NCBI RefSeq assembly: GCF_009914755.1
Contig: NC_060935.1
Source of the DNA: the human T2T-CHM13v2.0 reference genome, Homo sapiens
Direction: 5' to 3' (one strand)
Length of the DNA stretch: 64,000 nucleotides
Part shown: positions 40,661-64,000 of the stretch, one piece after another
Layout of the letters: every line of letters begins with the position of its first letter
Numbering within the stretch: the first letter of the stretch is position 1
The notes under the pieces: model-generated
What the model was told of the DNA's origin: nothing
The model's database searches: none
The model's input: only the letters and a program-made list of their open reading frames with translations
Translations under genes and position numbers: made by a program

Positions 40661-42078
40661 CAGATTCCCTTTTTTAAGAGTTTTTATAAAAGTCCTGAGA
40701 TTCACTAAGAATCACTAAGAGGATGTGCACGTCATCCCCTCCTTCCCTGTCTTGCCTGAATGGGGATATGATGGCTGATGTTTAAGCAGCAATTCTGAGG
40801 TAAAAGCCACTTGCAGAACAGGGCAGAGCAGCAATACCAGAGTCTAGCAATATAGACAGCTGCTCTATTAGTCCTGGCAGGCTCAATTTTATACTTCTTT
40901 TTATATAAAAGAGAAAAAAAATTTCCACCTTGTTTAAGCCACTGTTATTTTTGTTTTTTTTCTGTCACTCACAGCCTAATCTAATCCTGATACATGCCAA
41001 GTGCATGTATCAGGATAGACGATGGCATCTTAGGAGCCACATACTGTGTAATAATGTAAGAGCAAACTTTAACAAGTAGAAGATGAAAGAAAGTTTAATG
41101 ATGACCAAACCATCTTTTACACCATCTTAATCAATTTTATTCTTTAAGCAATATGTGTGTACGTACCAGGGATGGGAGGGTTGAAATATTTTGAGCTAGG
41201 AGTTAATGATTAGATTATTTATATGTTAGAAAGATTCTTCGCATGCTTCGATGGATATTTTGGAAGTGGGCAAGACTGGGGAACTGAGTTTGCAACAATT
41301 CTAGCAAGAGACGATAAAGATCAAAATCAGGGCAACAGTGCTGGAGAAGGCAAAAAGGAGACAGATTTGAAAGATATACACGAGGTAGAATTGGCCAAAA
41401 TGTGGCCAGTCTGAACGACTTCTGAAGTGACAGAGGCAGATAGATCCTATTATAAGAATACAACAGCTGATATTAGAAGTAGCATTCCAGAGAGATGATT
41501 TTTTTTAAATGCAGATATCTATGCTGTAGAATTTTTTATTCACTATTTTCATATACAGTTCTCACAAAAGTTCTGAGAGTCACATGCATGTTATGTCTGA
41601 ATGAATGGGCATAGTTTATTGGAGTGTAGATATATTTAAATCACTATTACATGTCAGTTATCATTTGGATCAGTTCTTCCTCTTGTAGCAAGAAAGATAG
41701 CTTCAATCTACTGCCTCAGGCATGCAACTGAACTGTAACTTTATCTTTCTACAACTCAACTGTCTTTACCTAGAGCCTCCATTCCACTTGATGATAAGTG
41801 GTTATAGTTATTTAAGACATTTCGCTATTTAAGACATTTTTTCCAGTCATTATAGATTTAAACTCTGTCAATTCAAGATATTTTTTCCCTCTTTCCAAAT
41901 TCAGGTCATTTAAACACCTGGATGTTTGTATGAGCTCATTGTGTAGCTGCACCAGACCAATCTGGTTCAACCACTTGTTTTTGTTTTGTTTTGTTTTGTT
42001 TTGTTTTGAGACAGCGTTTTGCTCTTGTTGTCCAGGCTGGAGTGCAATGGCACAATCTCGGCTCACTGTAGCCTCTGA

Positions 42079-42303
<225 letters not shown>

Positions 42304-42471
42304 TAAAGTATTATTATTATTTTTTGAGACAGTCTCACTCTGTCACCCAGGCTGGAATGCAGTGGCAGGATCTCGGCTCACAGCAGCCTCTGCCTCCTGG
42401 GTTCAACTGATTCTCCCACCTCAGACCCCCAAGTAGGTGGGACCTCAGGAACCCACACCACAGCTGGCTAA

Positions 42472-43045
<574 letters not shown>

Positions 43046-43522
43046 ACTGGATTGGAGATAGGGAGTGAAATTGACCATTTTTTTTTTTAAGGGAAGGTCT
43101 TATTATGATGCCCAGGTTGGTCTCAAGCTGTCCTCCCTCCTTGGCCTCTCAAAGTGCTGGGATTACAGGCATGACCCACCATGCCCATCCTGGGTCTTAT
43201 GTTTTAAGTATAGAGGAGTATATAGAGAAAATACTACCACCTAGATGCCCCTCACTGCAAATACGACAAAATAAAATAATGGCTACACAAGTTAGAAAAT
43301 TATTATTACATTTTTAAAATGTAAATTGACTTCTGATTCACTTTACCCCTTCTGATTCACTTCTGATAGCCTGTCCTATTCAGAAAATAATTGTGAAGGC
43401 ATAAATGGTGATATTTTAAAGTATTAAGAATGGCATGGCCAGGCATGGATTCTTATAGGAACCACGCTATAGGATTATAGGGTGGTTCACACCTATAATC
43501 CCAGCACTTTGGGAGGCCGAGG

Positions 43523-44317
43523 TGATACAGGAGGGGGCAGGGAAGTGCTGGGTAGAGAAAGGCGGGGTCCCTGGCAAGGGCTCCACCCTGGGGCCTGTGC
43601 CTACAGACCTAACTGAGAACAGGTACTCCTGTTTCCATGCCCAGATATTGAATTTTCCAAGACCACTCTGGCCCACCATGCCCCTCATCCTGTGCCCATA
43701 AAAACCCAAGACCATAGCAGGCACACACACAAGGGGCTGGATGTCGAGAGGAGCAGAAGAGCAGAAGAACACACCAACAGACACCAGCAGACACTGACAG
43801 GCCATCGACAACAGGACAACGTGGAATTCTGTCAGGGGTGGTTCTTGAAGAGCCCAGCCGCTAGGTGGCGCAACTCCAGGGGAAGACCACCTTCCCACTC
43901 CATCCTCCTTCTGGCTCCACATCCATCTCACTGAGAGCTACTTCCCCCACTCAATAAAACCTTGCACCCATCCTCCAAGCCCACATGTGATCCGATTTTT
44001 CCAGTACACTAGGGCAAGAAGCCGGGATACAGAAAGCCCTTGTGATAAGACAGAGAGTCTAATTGAGCTGCTTAACACAAGCCACCTGCAGAGAGCAAAA
44101 CTGCAAGAGCACACTGTAACACAGGCCCACTGGGGCTTCGAGAGCTGTAAACACTTAACCCTAGATGCTGCTGTGGGGTCGGAGCCCAAAAACACTCCCC
44201 AGTACCTGCATCCTCTACATGCTCCCCCTAGAGGTTTGAGCAGCCGAGGACTGAAGAAGCGAGCCACATCCCTGTTGCATGCCCTGTGAGGGGGATAAGG
44301 GAACTCCTCCAGTTTCA
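43523..44317 (+). mobile_element. Solo LTR1-family LTR (ERV1) inserted inside an AluJ
   Basis: Starts TGATACAGGAGGGGGCAGGGAAGTGCTGGG and ends GGAACTCCTCCAGTTTCA. 4-bp TSD GAGG (43519-43522 and 44318-44321) is taken from Alu left-arm sequence. Confidence 0.82.
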
Positions 44318-44981
44318 GAGGCAGGCGGATCGCTCGAGCCCAGGAATTTGAGACTAGCCTGGGCAACATGGTGACATCCTGTCTGTATCAAAAATACAAA
44401 AAAATTAGCCAGGCATGGTGGTGTGTACTTGTGATCCCAGCTACTCAGGAGGCTGAGGTGGGAGAATCATCAGAGCCTGGGGAGGTCGAGGCTGCAGTGA
44501 GCCATGATCTCACCACTGCACTCTAGCCTGTGCCACAGAGTGAGACCCCGTCTCAAAACAACAACAACAACAACAACAAAGAATGGCATGAACATATATT
44601 CCAACATCATGACATCTAATTTTATGAAATTACATATCAGTTCACTCTATCCATAAACTCTGGAAAATTTTCCTTCTCAAGCCATCCCATTACATAGATG
44701 AGACTAGCTTATCAGTTCAAATCACAACTTTGGTTCCAGTTTAGTCAGCCCCGGATTGTGAGAATAGAGGGATTAAGGATAGTGAGGATATTAATCACTC
44801 CGTATGGACCCTCAATAGTCTAGCTCATGATTCTCAGGTAGAGCCACTAGGAAAATATCCAGTTCTGACATCAAATATATTATCAAAAGTAACCATTCAT
44901 AGAAAAAAAGTTATAAAACATTCAGTTCATAAACAGTGTACAAAATTGTAGCTGATAACACCCATTCTTCACTTTCCATAA

Positions 44982-45269
<288 letters not shown>

Positions 45270-45449
45270 TAAAGTGCTGGGATTACAGGCCTAAGCCACC
45301 GCACCCCAACCTAAATTTTTTTTCTTTAATTCTCATCCAAAATCTTCAATCTTCATGTCCAAAATAAAATATTATTATCTTTTTTATTTAAAGGTCAGTT
45401 ATCCTGATTTTGTCTTCTAGAAGGAAACTTATGGATACTTTAAATTTAT

Positions 45450-46220
<771 letters not shown>

Positions 46221-46422
46221 TGGAGAATTTCGGAACATTTTAAGGGAATCTCAGAACCAGAAGATGCATTCGAGATCATCTAGCTCACTGGGTTTTGACA
46301 TTTGTTTACTTTGATCCAAAATAAATACATTTTATTTCTTGACGTGGCACACACATGTGTACATACATACACACACGTTCACACATACACACATAGTAAT
46401 GAAACAAAAATTTTATGAAACA

Positions 46423-49019
<2,597 letters not shown>

Positions 49020-49560
49020 CTATCAATTAATAAGTCCTTCTGGACTTCAGGAACTTACAATCTAGTAAGAGAGATAGTCAAGCCAATAGCCATAATTCAA
49101 TATGAGAAGATATATGAGATATATATGAGAAGATGTATATATGATATCTCAGATATCAGAGAAGTACAGAGTACTCGTTCCTTAACTACTATAGGAACAC
49201 AGATGAGGGTTAAGTTAATTTTCCTTAGGGTTAGAGATGGTTCAGAAAGACTAAAAAGAGGAGAAAATATTTGTTCTGGGCCTTAAAAGATGAGTAGAAA
49301 TTTGCTGACCAGGTGAATAGTGAAACAGGTATAAGGAGAGGAGAGAATAGTATGAATAAAAAGAAAAAGTATAGCATGAAAAGCATGTCACATAGAAGAA
49401 TCATCTGACTAGACTGTGGATGCCCTCTTATGTGGATGCCCTCTTATGGGTCAGACATGACATGACTAGGTATTTAGACTTTATTCTAGAGCAAATGAGG
49501 AATCATCAAAGATCTTTAATAAAGTAATTCTGGAAGCAAAGTAGAAACTAAACATGAGGC

Positions 49561-50382
<822 letters not shown>

Positions 50383-50723
50383 TAGAGGCTACTAAACAGT
50401 GCAGTCTAAAGCGATGAGAGATTGAACAAAAACACTGACAGTGGGGAGTTGAGAAAAAGTCACAAATATGAAAAATATCACTGAGGTAAAAGCAGCAATG
50501 TTTAGTGATTGGCTGAATACGGCAAAGGAGAAAAAGGAGTCCAAGATGGATGAAGCTCTTATTCTACCTTAATCCATCAATGTGGTGTCAAAACTATCTT
50601 GGTGTCCTCATTAGATTGTTCTTGAGGCCAGGGACCTTATAAAAATTCCCATGCCTTTTCCCCTGGCTAAATTTAAAACTTTCTTTGGACTGGAGTCCTC
50701 AGTTTTCATTCTATTGGCTTATA

Positions 50724-50785
50724 ACTTCCTTCTCCTTCCCCTTCCCCTCGTCCTCCTCCTCCTCTTCCTCCTCCTCCTCCTCCTC

Positions 50786-50816
<31 letters not shown>

Positions 50817-50936
50817 TTCCTCCTCTTCCTCCTCTTCCTCCTCCTCTTCTTCTTCTTCTTCTTCTTTCTTCTTCTTCTTCTTCTTCTACTTCCACTTCCT
50901 CTTCTTCCTCTTCTTCTTTTTTTCTTCTTCTTTTTT
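50724..50936. repeat. ~210-bp polypyrimidine (CTT/CTC)n compound microsatellite at the tail of an Alu monomer
   Basis: Almost pure C/T tract (CTCCTC...CTTCTT...) directly followed by a minus-strand Alu left-arm monomer at ~50937-51057. Confidence 0.92.
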
Positions 50937-51662
50937 AATAGAGATTGAGGTCTCACTATGTTGCCTAGGCTGGTCTTGAACTCCTGGGCTCAAGTGATCT
51001 TCCTACCTCAGCCTCTGAAAGTTCTAAGATTCCAGGCACGAGCCACCACACCTGGCCATTATAGCTATATTCCGCTCCTTCTACCCAGTCCCTTTAAGAG
51101 GTTTCAGTTGACCTGCCAGCTTTCCATTCCGTTTTATTAGTTTTGCCTTGGATGCTGTCTATGAAATTATCTTTAGCTCTACACTCATCCACCTTTATTC
51201 CATTCCATCTCTCTGCTATACACAACAAAAACCCCCACCCTCCAGCTCAGATTCAGTACAAGCCCTCACTTGTCTAGGGAGCTAGCATAGATACTAAAAG
51301 CCATTAACCAACCTATAAAATATAGCAAAAGAAGACATGGCAAGAAAGCTACTAAGTTCATTTTCTGACATTCTAGAAAATAAATTTTTGATCCAAAGAG
51401 AAGCCATTGATCCACCCTTTCTCTAGGACTGCAAATATTCCATATATCCCATCAAAATAGATTGACCTACTGCATATGCCTGTCCCACTGTATCTCTTTG
51501 GTACAAACACCTGTTCCAAACTGAGACAACTAGGTTGTCTTTACAGAGAAGTGAAAATAAGTGTCTGTGTGTGTCTAGATACCTAACAGGAAACTGCAGC
51601 AGCTAGTCTTCCACATGGACTAAGCAGCAGAGAAAGTGGGCCTGCAGAAAGTCAAGAATTAG

Positions 51663-52101
<439 letters not shown>

Positions 52102-52519
52102 TAGAATAAGTGCTCTCATCTTTTAATATCACCCTAACTGAAGTTTTTTTCAAAGAATCCTAACCAACACAGATACGTAGAGTCTGAAATGCATATCCAA
52201 TATCTAAGAGAAGTAGTTGGAAATGCGGGTCCTGAATACAGAGCAGAGATTGGGGGAAGACATTTGATATGGGTAAGGGGGTAACTGAAGTCACTGGAGT
52301 ACATGAGGTTGCCAGAAAAAGCCCAAAGTGAAGGTAAAAGTGGGGAGAGGGAAAAGAGATGAAGGAAGGATCTCTTAAGATCTTCAGTATTGAAGAAATG
52401 AATCATAGAAAGAGGAGTCATTGAAGAAGGTTAAAAAGAACAGAAAATTAGGAGAGAATGCTTTTGTGGAAGCCAAGGAATAAGGGTGTTCAGGTTGTGC
52501 TTACAGAAAATTCAGTCAT

Positions 52520-55163
<2,644 letters not shown>

Positions 55164-55239
55164 GAGGAATCAAAGCAATGACCCAAGTTATGGCCTCAGG
55201 GACTTCCAAAATCAGAGCCCTAATCTGACCAACCCGCCC

Positions 55240-56380
<1,141 letters not shown>

Positions 56381-56585
56381 ATCCTTTAGCTTCACAGCAA
56401 GGAGCGCTCCAACCCAGGTTCCTGCATGAGCTCACTGGGCATGGTTCACAGAGAGGTGGATGCGGTAATGGTTTGGGCACCTCACAGCACTGAATGTGGT
56501 CATCAGAAATACTGGGTCATGACCCGTGGGAATGGGTCTTGTAGGTTAACTAGATGCAACATCAGGGACACTGGCACAGCTGAGG

Positions 56586-56606
56586 GTGTGTGTGTGTGTG
56601 TGTGTG
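56586..56606. repeat. (GT)n microsatellite in RAB39A intron 1
   Basis: About 10 GT units. Confidence 0.88.
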
Positions 56607-57754
56607 TATGTGAAGGGTTGAGTTGTCTTTAGAAGTTTGTCATGTTTGGTGGGAAAAAGACATATATTGAGATTCGCCAGGAACTTTAATTTTGCTTATG
56701 ATCAGTACTTAACGTTCCAGGGTGATAATATTTCTAAAGACAGAAGGAGGGATCCAAATGAATAGTCTCCTCCTAAATATCCGCTGGGGACATGAAGGGT
56801 TTCACAAAGGCGACTTGTGTAAATAAAAAGTAAATGAAATTATATGCATTTCCTGAATATTTGAGATGGAAGCAGGTTTAAAGCAAATTTTAAATGTCTA
56901 GGATTCAAAGGCACTTCGTTTTAGAGGAAGATGGTGAAACTGATGTATTGTACTGTTCTGTTTCTTAAAGACTGCATTATCCATTGGAACTCATTTAAGG
57001 AAGCATTTTGCGTTAGTCAGCAAGTACTCTGCTTGTGAAATGCAGTGTTCCATGAGGGGACTTCCCAAACATGGCTTCCCCTCGCCCCCAGCCAGCATCA
57101 CTGCGAATGAGATCAGCCTACATCTGTGAGAATGGTCCAACATTCAAAGTTTTGGCTTCCGTTCCTAGCAATGATGCTGATTCATAGAGATAATGAGTGA
57201 ACTGCTTAGCTTGCTTATACCTTAGTTTTCGTGTGTGTGAAGTGGAAAGATGGTAAGGCCAGCGCTTCAGAGAGGTGTTAAAAGATTATTGATTGGATTT
57301 GTACAACACGTAGAATTCCATGAAAAATGTTTTTCCTTTTCAAGAAGCCTCCTTTTATTAAAATAATTTTTCAAATGTTTGATTCCTCATCTGTAAAATG
57401 AAAGTCGTCGTGATCTCTAACATTCCTTCCAGTTTTACCATTCTAAGTTGATTGCCAATTCCTTCACATGTGATCTCAATCAGAGGTAAACTTTGCGATA
57501 TATCAGGCTCAGAAAAAAAGCATTTGCTGTTAGCTCTTGACCCCCCCTCTGAAGTGAATACAATAAAAACCTTTATGTCTTAAACTTCTAACAGCTACTT
57601 TGAGTTGCAACTACAAGACACATGGGTAATAAAATCTTATTGTGTTTAATTAGTTCCTTAAAAGTAGCTCAACTTGGCTGGGCAGGGTGGCTCACGCCTG
57701 TAATTCCAGCACTTTGGGATACTGAGGCGGGTGGATCACAAGGTCAAGAGTTCA

Positions 57755-58003
<249 letters not shown>

Positions 58004-58076
58004 TTAAATGATAATTAATTTGTTAGACTTTAAAGACCTTTCTGCTAAATAGATGATAGAGATGATTGTTTTTTAA

Positions 58077-58295
<219 letters not shown>

Positions 58296-58908
58296 TGAAT
58301 TCCCGACCTCGGGTGATCCACCTGCCTCAGCCTCCCAAAGTGCTGAGATTACAGGCGCGTGAGCCACCGCGCCTGGCCTAGATGATTGTTTTTTAATGCC
58401 TTGAAGAAGAATGTAAATAATAATTCATTTTATATACATTATTAAAACCAAACAGTAACTCTCGCATTATAATGCAAGGACATTTAGGGAATGTTTACTG
58501 ACAGTGAGTCATAATTTATTTTGTTTGGCTCTTTACCAAAGTTCTGTTTGTAAATACATACGTATTTCAGTAGCTACCTCCAAATACTTGCTTTTCTCTC
58601 ATTTACCAGAATGTTTTACCTTAAGATTGCATTTAAAACAATTACTATTAAATCATTCTGTATCTTTCATCAAGAAATTACAGATTCTAATTTTGAATAA
58701 TAGATATCATTGCATATTTTATTTTATAGAAAGGTACTGTAGGTCATGAAGATGTATTCCTGTCATTAGTCATAATCATATCATGAAGAATTTGTGGGAA
58801 ATGTCATGTTTGAAGGTTTATTGGTGATTGGATATAAACTGACAAAAAGGAACCTACTTAGCTCATGAGGTAGCTTGAAAGCATAATAAATGTATTACAG
58901 AACAATAG

Positions 58909-59119
<211 letters not shown>

Positions 59120-59774
59120 TAGCTAATTTTTGTATCTTTTTTTGTAAAGACAGGGTTTGGCCATGTTGCCCAGGTTGGTCTGAAACTCCTGGGCTGAAGC
59201 AGTCCACCCACCTCGGCCTCCCAAAATGCTGGGATTTCAAGCCTGAACCACTGCGCCAGGCCAGCCTTAGTTTTCAATGTTCAGACTAACATGCTAATAG
59301 AGGCTAACTACTTGCCTGAAATAAAAAGGGACAAAATCCAAGTGAAAAAGATTTAGAAAAATAATGTATATGTGAACATAACTGTAGATTTGTATATTAA
59401 AGAAATTTAGAATTACAGTGCCTTCATTAAAGATGAAAGTTTATTTCTCTCTTGTGTATAGAGTGGTCCAAGTTGGTGGAGTGGTTCTGCACCAGACCAT
59501 CATTCAGTTTCCTTCTTCCTTAATTTTCTGCCATGCCTAGGATGTTACCATCATCTACATGAGCAAAGCTGGGTTATAAGCACACTGTGTGTCAGTTCAG
59601 GGGAAGGAGAAAGAGCAGCTCTATACCAAGCAAAGTTTCTTTTAAGCAAGTGAGGCCAACATGGTATAGATTCTTTCGGCTCTCAATTCATTGGGGAGAT
59701 CTTAGTTACAAGGAGACACTTAGACTGGGCCATTATGTGCCTAGGATGTAGGAAAGATGCCTTTGGCACTGTAG

Positions 59775-60047
<273 letters not shown>

Positions 60048-60401
60048 TAATCTGCCTACCTCAGCCTCCTAAAGTGCTGGGATTAGTTTAGCAGTAAAGG
60101 AAACGAGAATATTGTTTAATACAGTGTTAATAAGGATAACTATATTGGAAGAGCTAGGTGTATGGAGAGCATTAAGTGTAAGAATAGAAATTTTGAACTT
60201 TTCCCATAAAAAGCGTTTAAAGTTATATGAATATAATATGAGATAAATACATAGCAATGTTAGCTGTAGAATGGGAAACCTCTAGGCTTTGAGCCAGGTT
60301 TGGCCTTTTATCTGACGTTACCTGGCCTTTGGGGTATTAATGTCCTCCTCGTGCAGTGCTGTCAAGGAGTGCTCTGCAGAACACTCTTTCCTGTGATTCT
60401 T

Positions 60402-60438
<37 letters not shown>
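60402..60438. repeat. (TA)n(TG)n compound microsatellite
   Basis: TATATATATATATGTGTGTGTG... adjoining an Alu tail. Confidence 0.88.
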
Positions 60439-61372
60439 ATTTCTTTCCTTCTTTTTTATTCTTTCTTTTTTTTTTTTTTTTTTTTTTGAGTCAGAGTCTC
60501 ACTCTGTCACCTGGGGCTGGAGTGCAGTGAAACGATCGGCTCACTGCAACCCCCACCTCCCAGGTTCAAGCGATTCTCCTCCCTCAGCCTCCCGAGTAGC
60601 TAGGACCACAGGCATGCGCCACAGCACCTGGCCAATTTTTGTATTTTTAGTAGAGATGGAGGTTTCATCAAGCTGGTCTCGAACACCTGATCTCAAGTGA
60701 TCTGCCCGCCTCGGCCTCCCAAAGTGCTGGGATTACAGGCATGAGCTACTGTGCCTCACCTGTGATTCTTTTTTTTTTTTTGAGATGGAGTCTTGCTCTT
60801 GTGCAGTGGCGCAATCTCGGCTCACTGCAACCTCTGCCTTCCAGGTCCAAGTGATTCTCCTGCCTCAGCCTCCTGAGTAGCTGGGATTACAGGCGCCCCA
60901 AGCTCAACTAATTTTTGTACTTTTAGTAGAGACGAGGTTTCACCATATTGGCCAGGCTGGTCTCGAACTCCTGACCTCAAGTGATCCACCCGCCTCAGCC
61001 TCCCAAAGTGCTGGGATTACAAGCGTAAGCCACCGCACCCAGCCTGTGATTCTTTTTAAAAGAAGCATTCTGTGATCAAGTAAGTTTGGAAATCCCTGTA
61101 TTCCATATGGCACTCTCTTAAAAATTCATATCAAAGGCTCGAAGAAGTATTGCAGCAAAGAAACCTGTTTAACTTTGATTAACCTAGTATTTCCCAATTT
61201 ATTTTAGGGGCTATTTTTAAAATATGAAAATCTAGGCTGGATGCGGTGAGTCACGTCTGTAATCCTAACACTTTGGGAAGCTGAGGCAGGAGAATTACTT
61301 GAAGCTAGGAGTTCAAGACCAGCCTAGACAACAAATCAAGACCCTGTCTCTAACCAAAAAAAAATTTTTTTA

Positions 61373-61543
<171 letters not shown>

Positions 61544-61630
61544 CTATGATAACTGGTGCTCTAAGGAGTATAATTTGGGAATAGCTCCCTTGATAAGTTG
61601 CCTTAGCATATTCTTTGAGCAGAACCACTA

Positions 61631-61849
<219 letters not shown>

Positions 61850-62191
61850 CTACTAAAAATACAAAAATTAGCCAGGCGTGGTGGCAGGCGCCTGTAATCC
61901 CAGCTACTCAGGAGGCTGAGGTGGGAGAATCGCTTGAACCCAGGAAGCGGAGGTTGCGGTGAGCCGAGATTACACCATTTCTCTCCAGCCTGGGGGACAA
62001 GAGCGAGACTTCGTCTCAAAAAAAAAAAAAAAAAAAAATAGAGACAGCCTCCCTCCTCTCCCTTCCCCACAGAATCTGGGAGCAGCCCCTAACTATTACC
62101 ACTAAATCTTCCCGGCCTTTGCCTGCCTCTCCATGTTTTTTCCCCTAGCTCCTCTTCTGCTATGCATCTTTCTCCTTGCCAGGTGTCTTAC

Positions 62192-63337
<1,146 letters not shown>

Positions 63338-64000
63338 TTAGTCCCCCTCCAGCTTATTTTTATTTTTTCTTTACCCCTTTCCTCTGTCTATCCATACTGA
63401 TGTTTACTTTCATCCTCTTCCCCCCACCCCATTTTTATTTTAATGTGTCTCTTACTCTTCCATTTCCTTTTAGCTTATCTTCCCTTATCCCACTGGCTTA
63501 TCTTCTCTTCTCCCACTGGCTACCGCATGTGTCTGTTTTCTCTTCTGCCTCTTCCAAACATCCATATAAAGTTAATGTTTCAAAGTGATTTAATTTATGT
63601 ACTCTGTTCTTAATTTTAAAAGCAAGCAATATTAACATTTTAAATTTCTTCTTAAGAGACTTTTTAAAATCTCTAAACTAAATTAGTTATTTTTGGTTTT
63701 GTTTCTTTTTAAAAAGTCCCTCATTTGATTCTCAGCTCCCTCACTGTGGTTCATGGCCTTCAAAAGAAAACGATTTTTTGTTCCTTCAGTAGAAAATGAT
63801 TGGTACCAGTCTGGCAAACATGGTGAAACCCCATCTCTACTAAAAATACAAAAACAAATTAGCTGTGCATGGTGGTGCACACCTATAATCCCAGCTACTT
63901 GGGAGGCTGAGGCAGGAAAATCCCTTGAACCCAGAAGGTGGAGGTTGCAAGGTTGCAGTGAGCCGAGATTGCGCCCCTGCTCTCCAGCCTGGGTGACAGA

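Noticed and set aside
43467-44369. 100-154 aa ORFs in the GC-rich block
   Set aside because: Within an LTR1-family solo LTR and its host Alu; no gag/pol/env similarity is visible.
49415-49446. Exact 16-bp tandem duplication TGTGGATGCCCTCTTA x2
   Set aside because: An ordinary slippage duplication in old L2-like DNA with no further structure.
50651-50956. Poly-Leu/Ser/Phe and poly-Lys/Arg/Glu ORFs
   Set aside because: Translations of the CTT/CTC microsatellite.

Overview
Great-ape genomic DNA, most likely human. An SVA element is present and the only protein-coding exon is recognisably RAB39A, which I recall maps to 11q22.3 next to SLC35F2; that placement is recollection, not shown by the sequence. 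The window is mostly repeats: roughly 90 Alu copies or fragments by manual count, about ten ERV/MaLR LTRs (several solo LTRs with intact target-site duplications, TSDs), old L1/L2/HAL1/MIR/DNA-transposon fragments and one full-length SVA. Genes: the CpG-island promoter and coding exon 1 of RAB39A (ATG 55669, donor after 55895, intron 1 runs off the window), and a full-length RPLP2 processed pseudogene with a premature stop. Nearly all other ORFs in the track are Alu/LTR/SVA artefacts. I found no convincing novel multi-gene system. The best second-look items are: an SVA with a short 3' transduction; an unidentified ~185-bp retrocopy with AATAAA, poly(A) and TSD; a polyadenylated LTR10-type R-region micro-retrocopy nested in Alu and LTR8; a 46-bp gene-conversion tract between head-to-head Alus; a locally templated insertion scar; an ancient twin-primed L1; four consecutive solo LTRs; and a uORF plus G-quadruplex motif in the RAB39A leader. 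Repeat family names were assigned by eye from remembered consensus sequences, and boundaries without a TSD are approximate.
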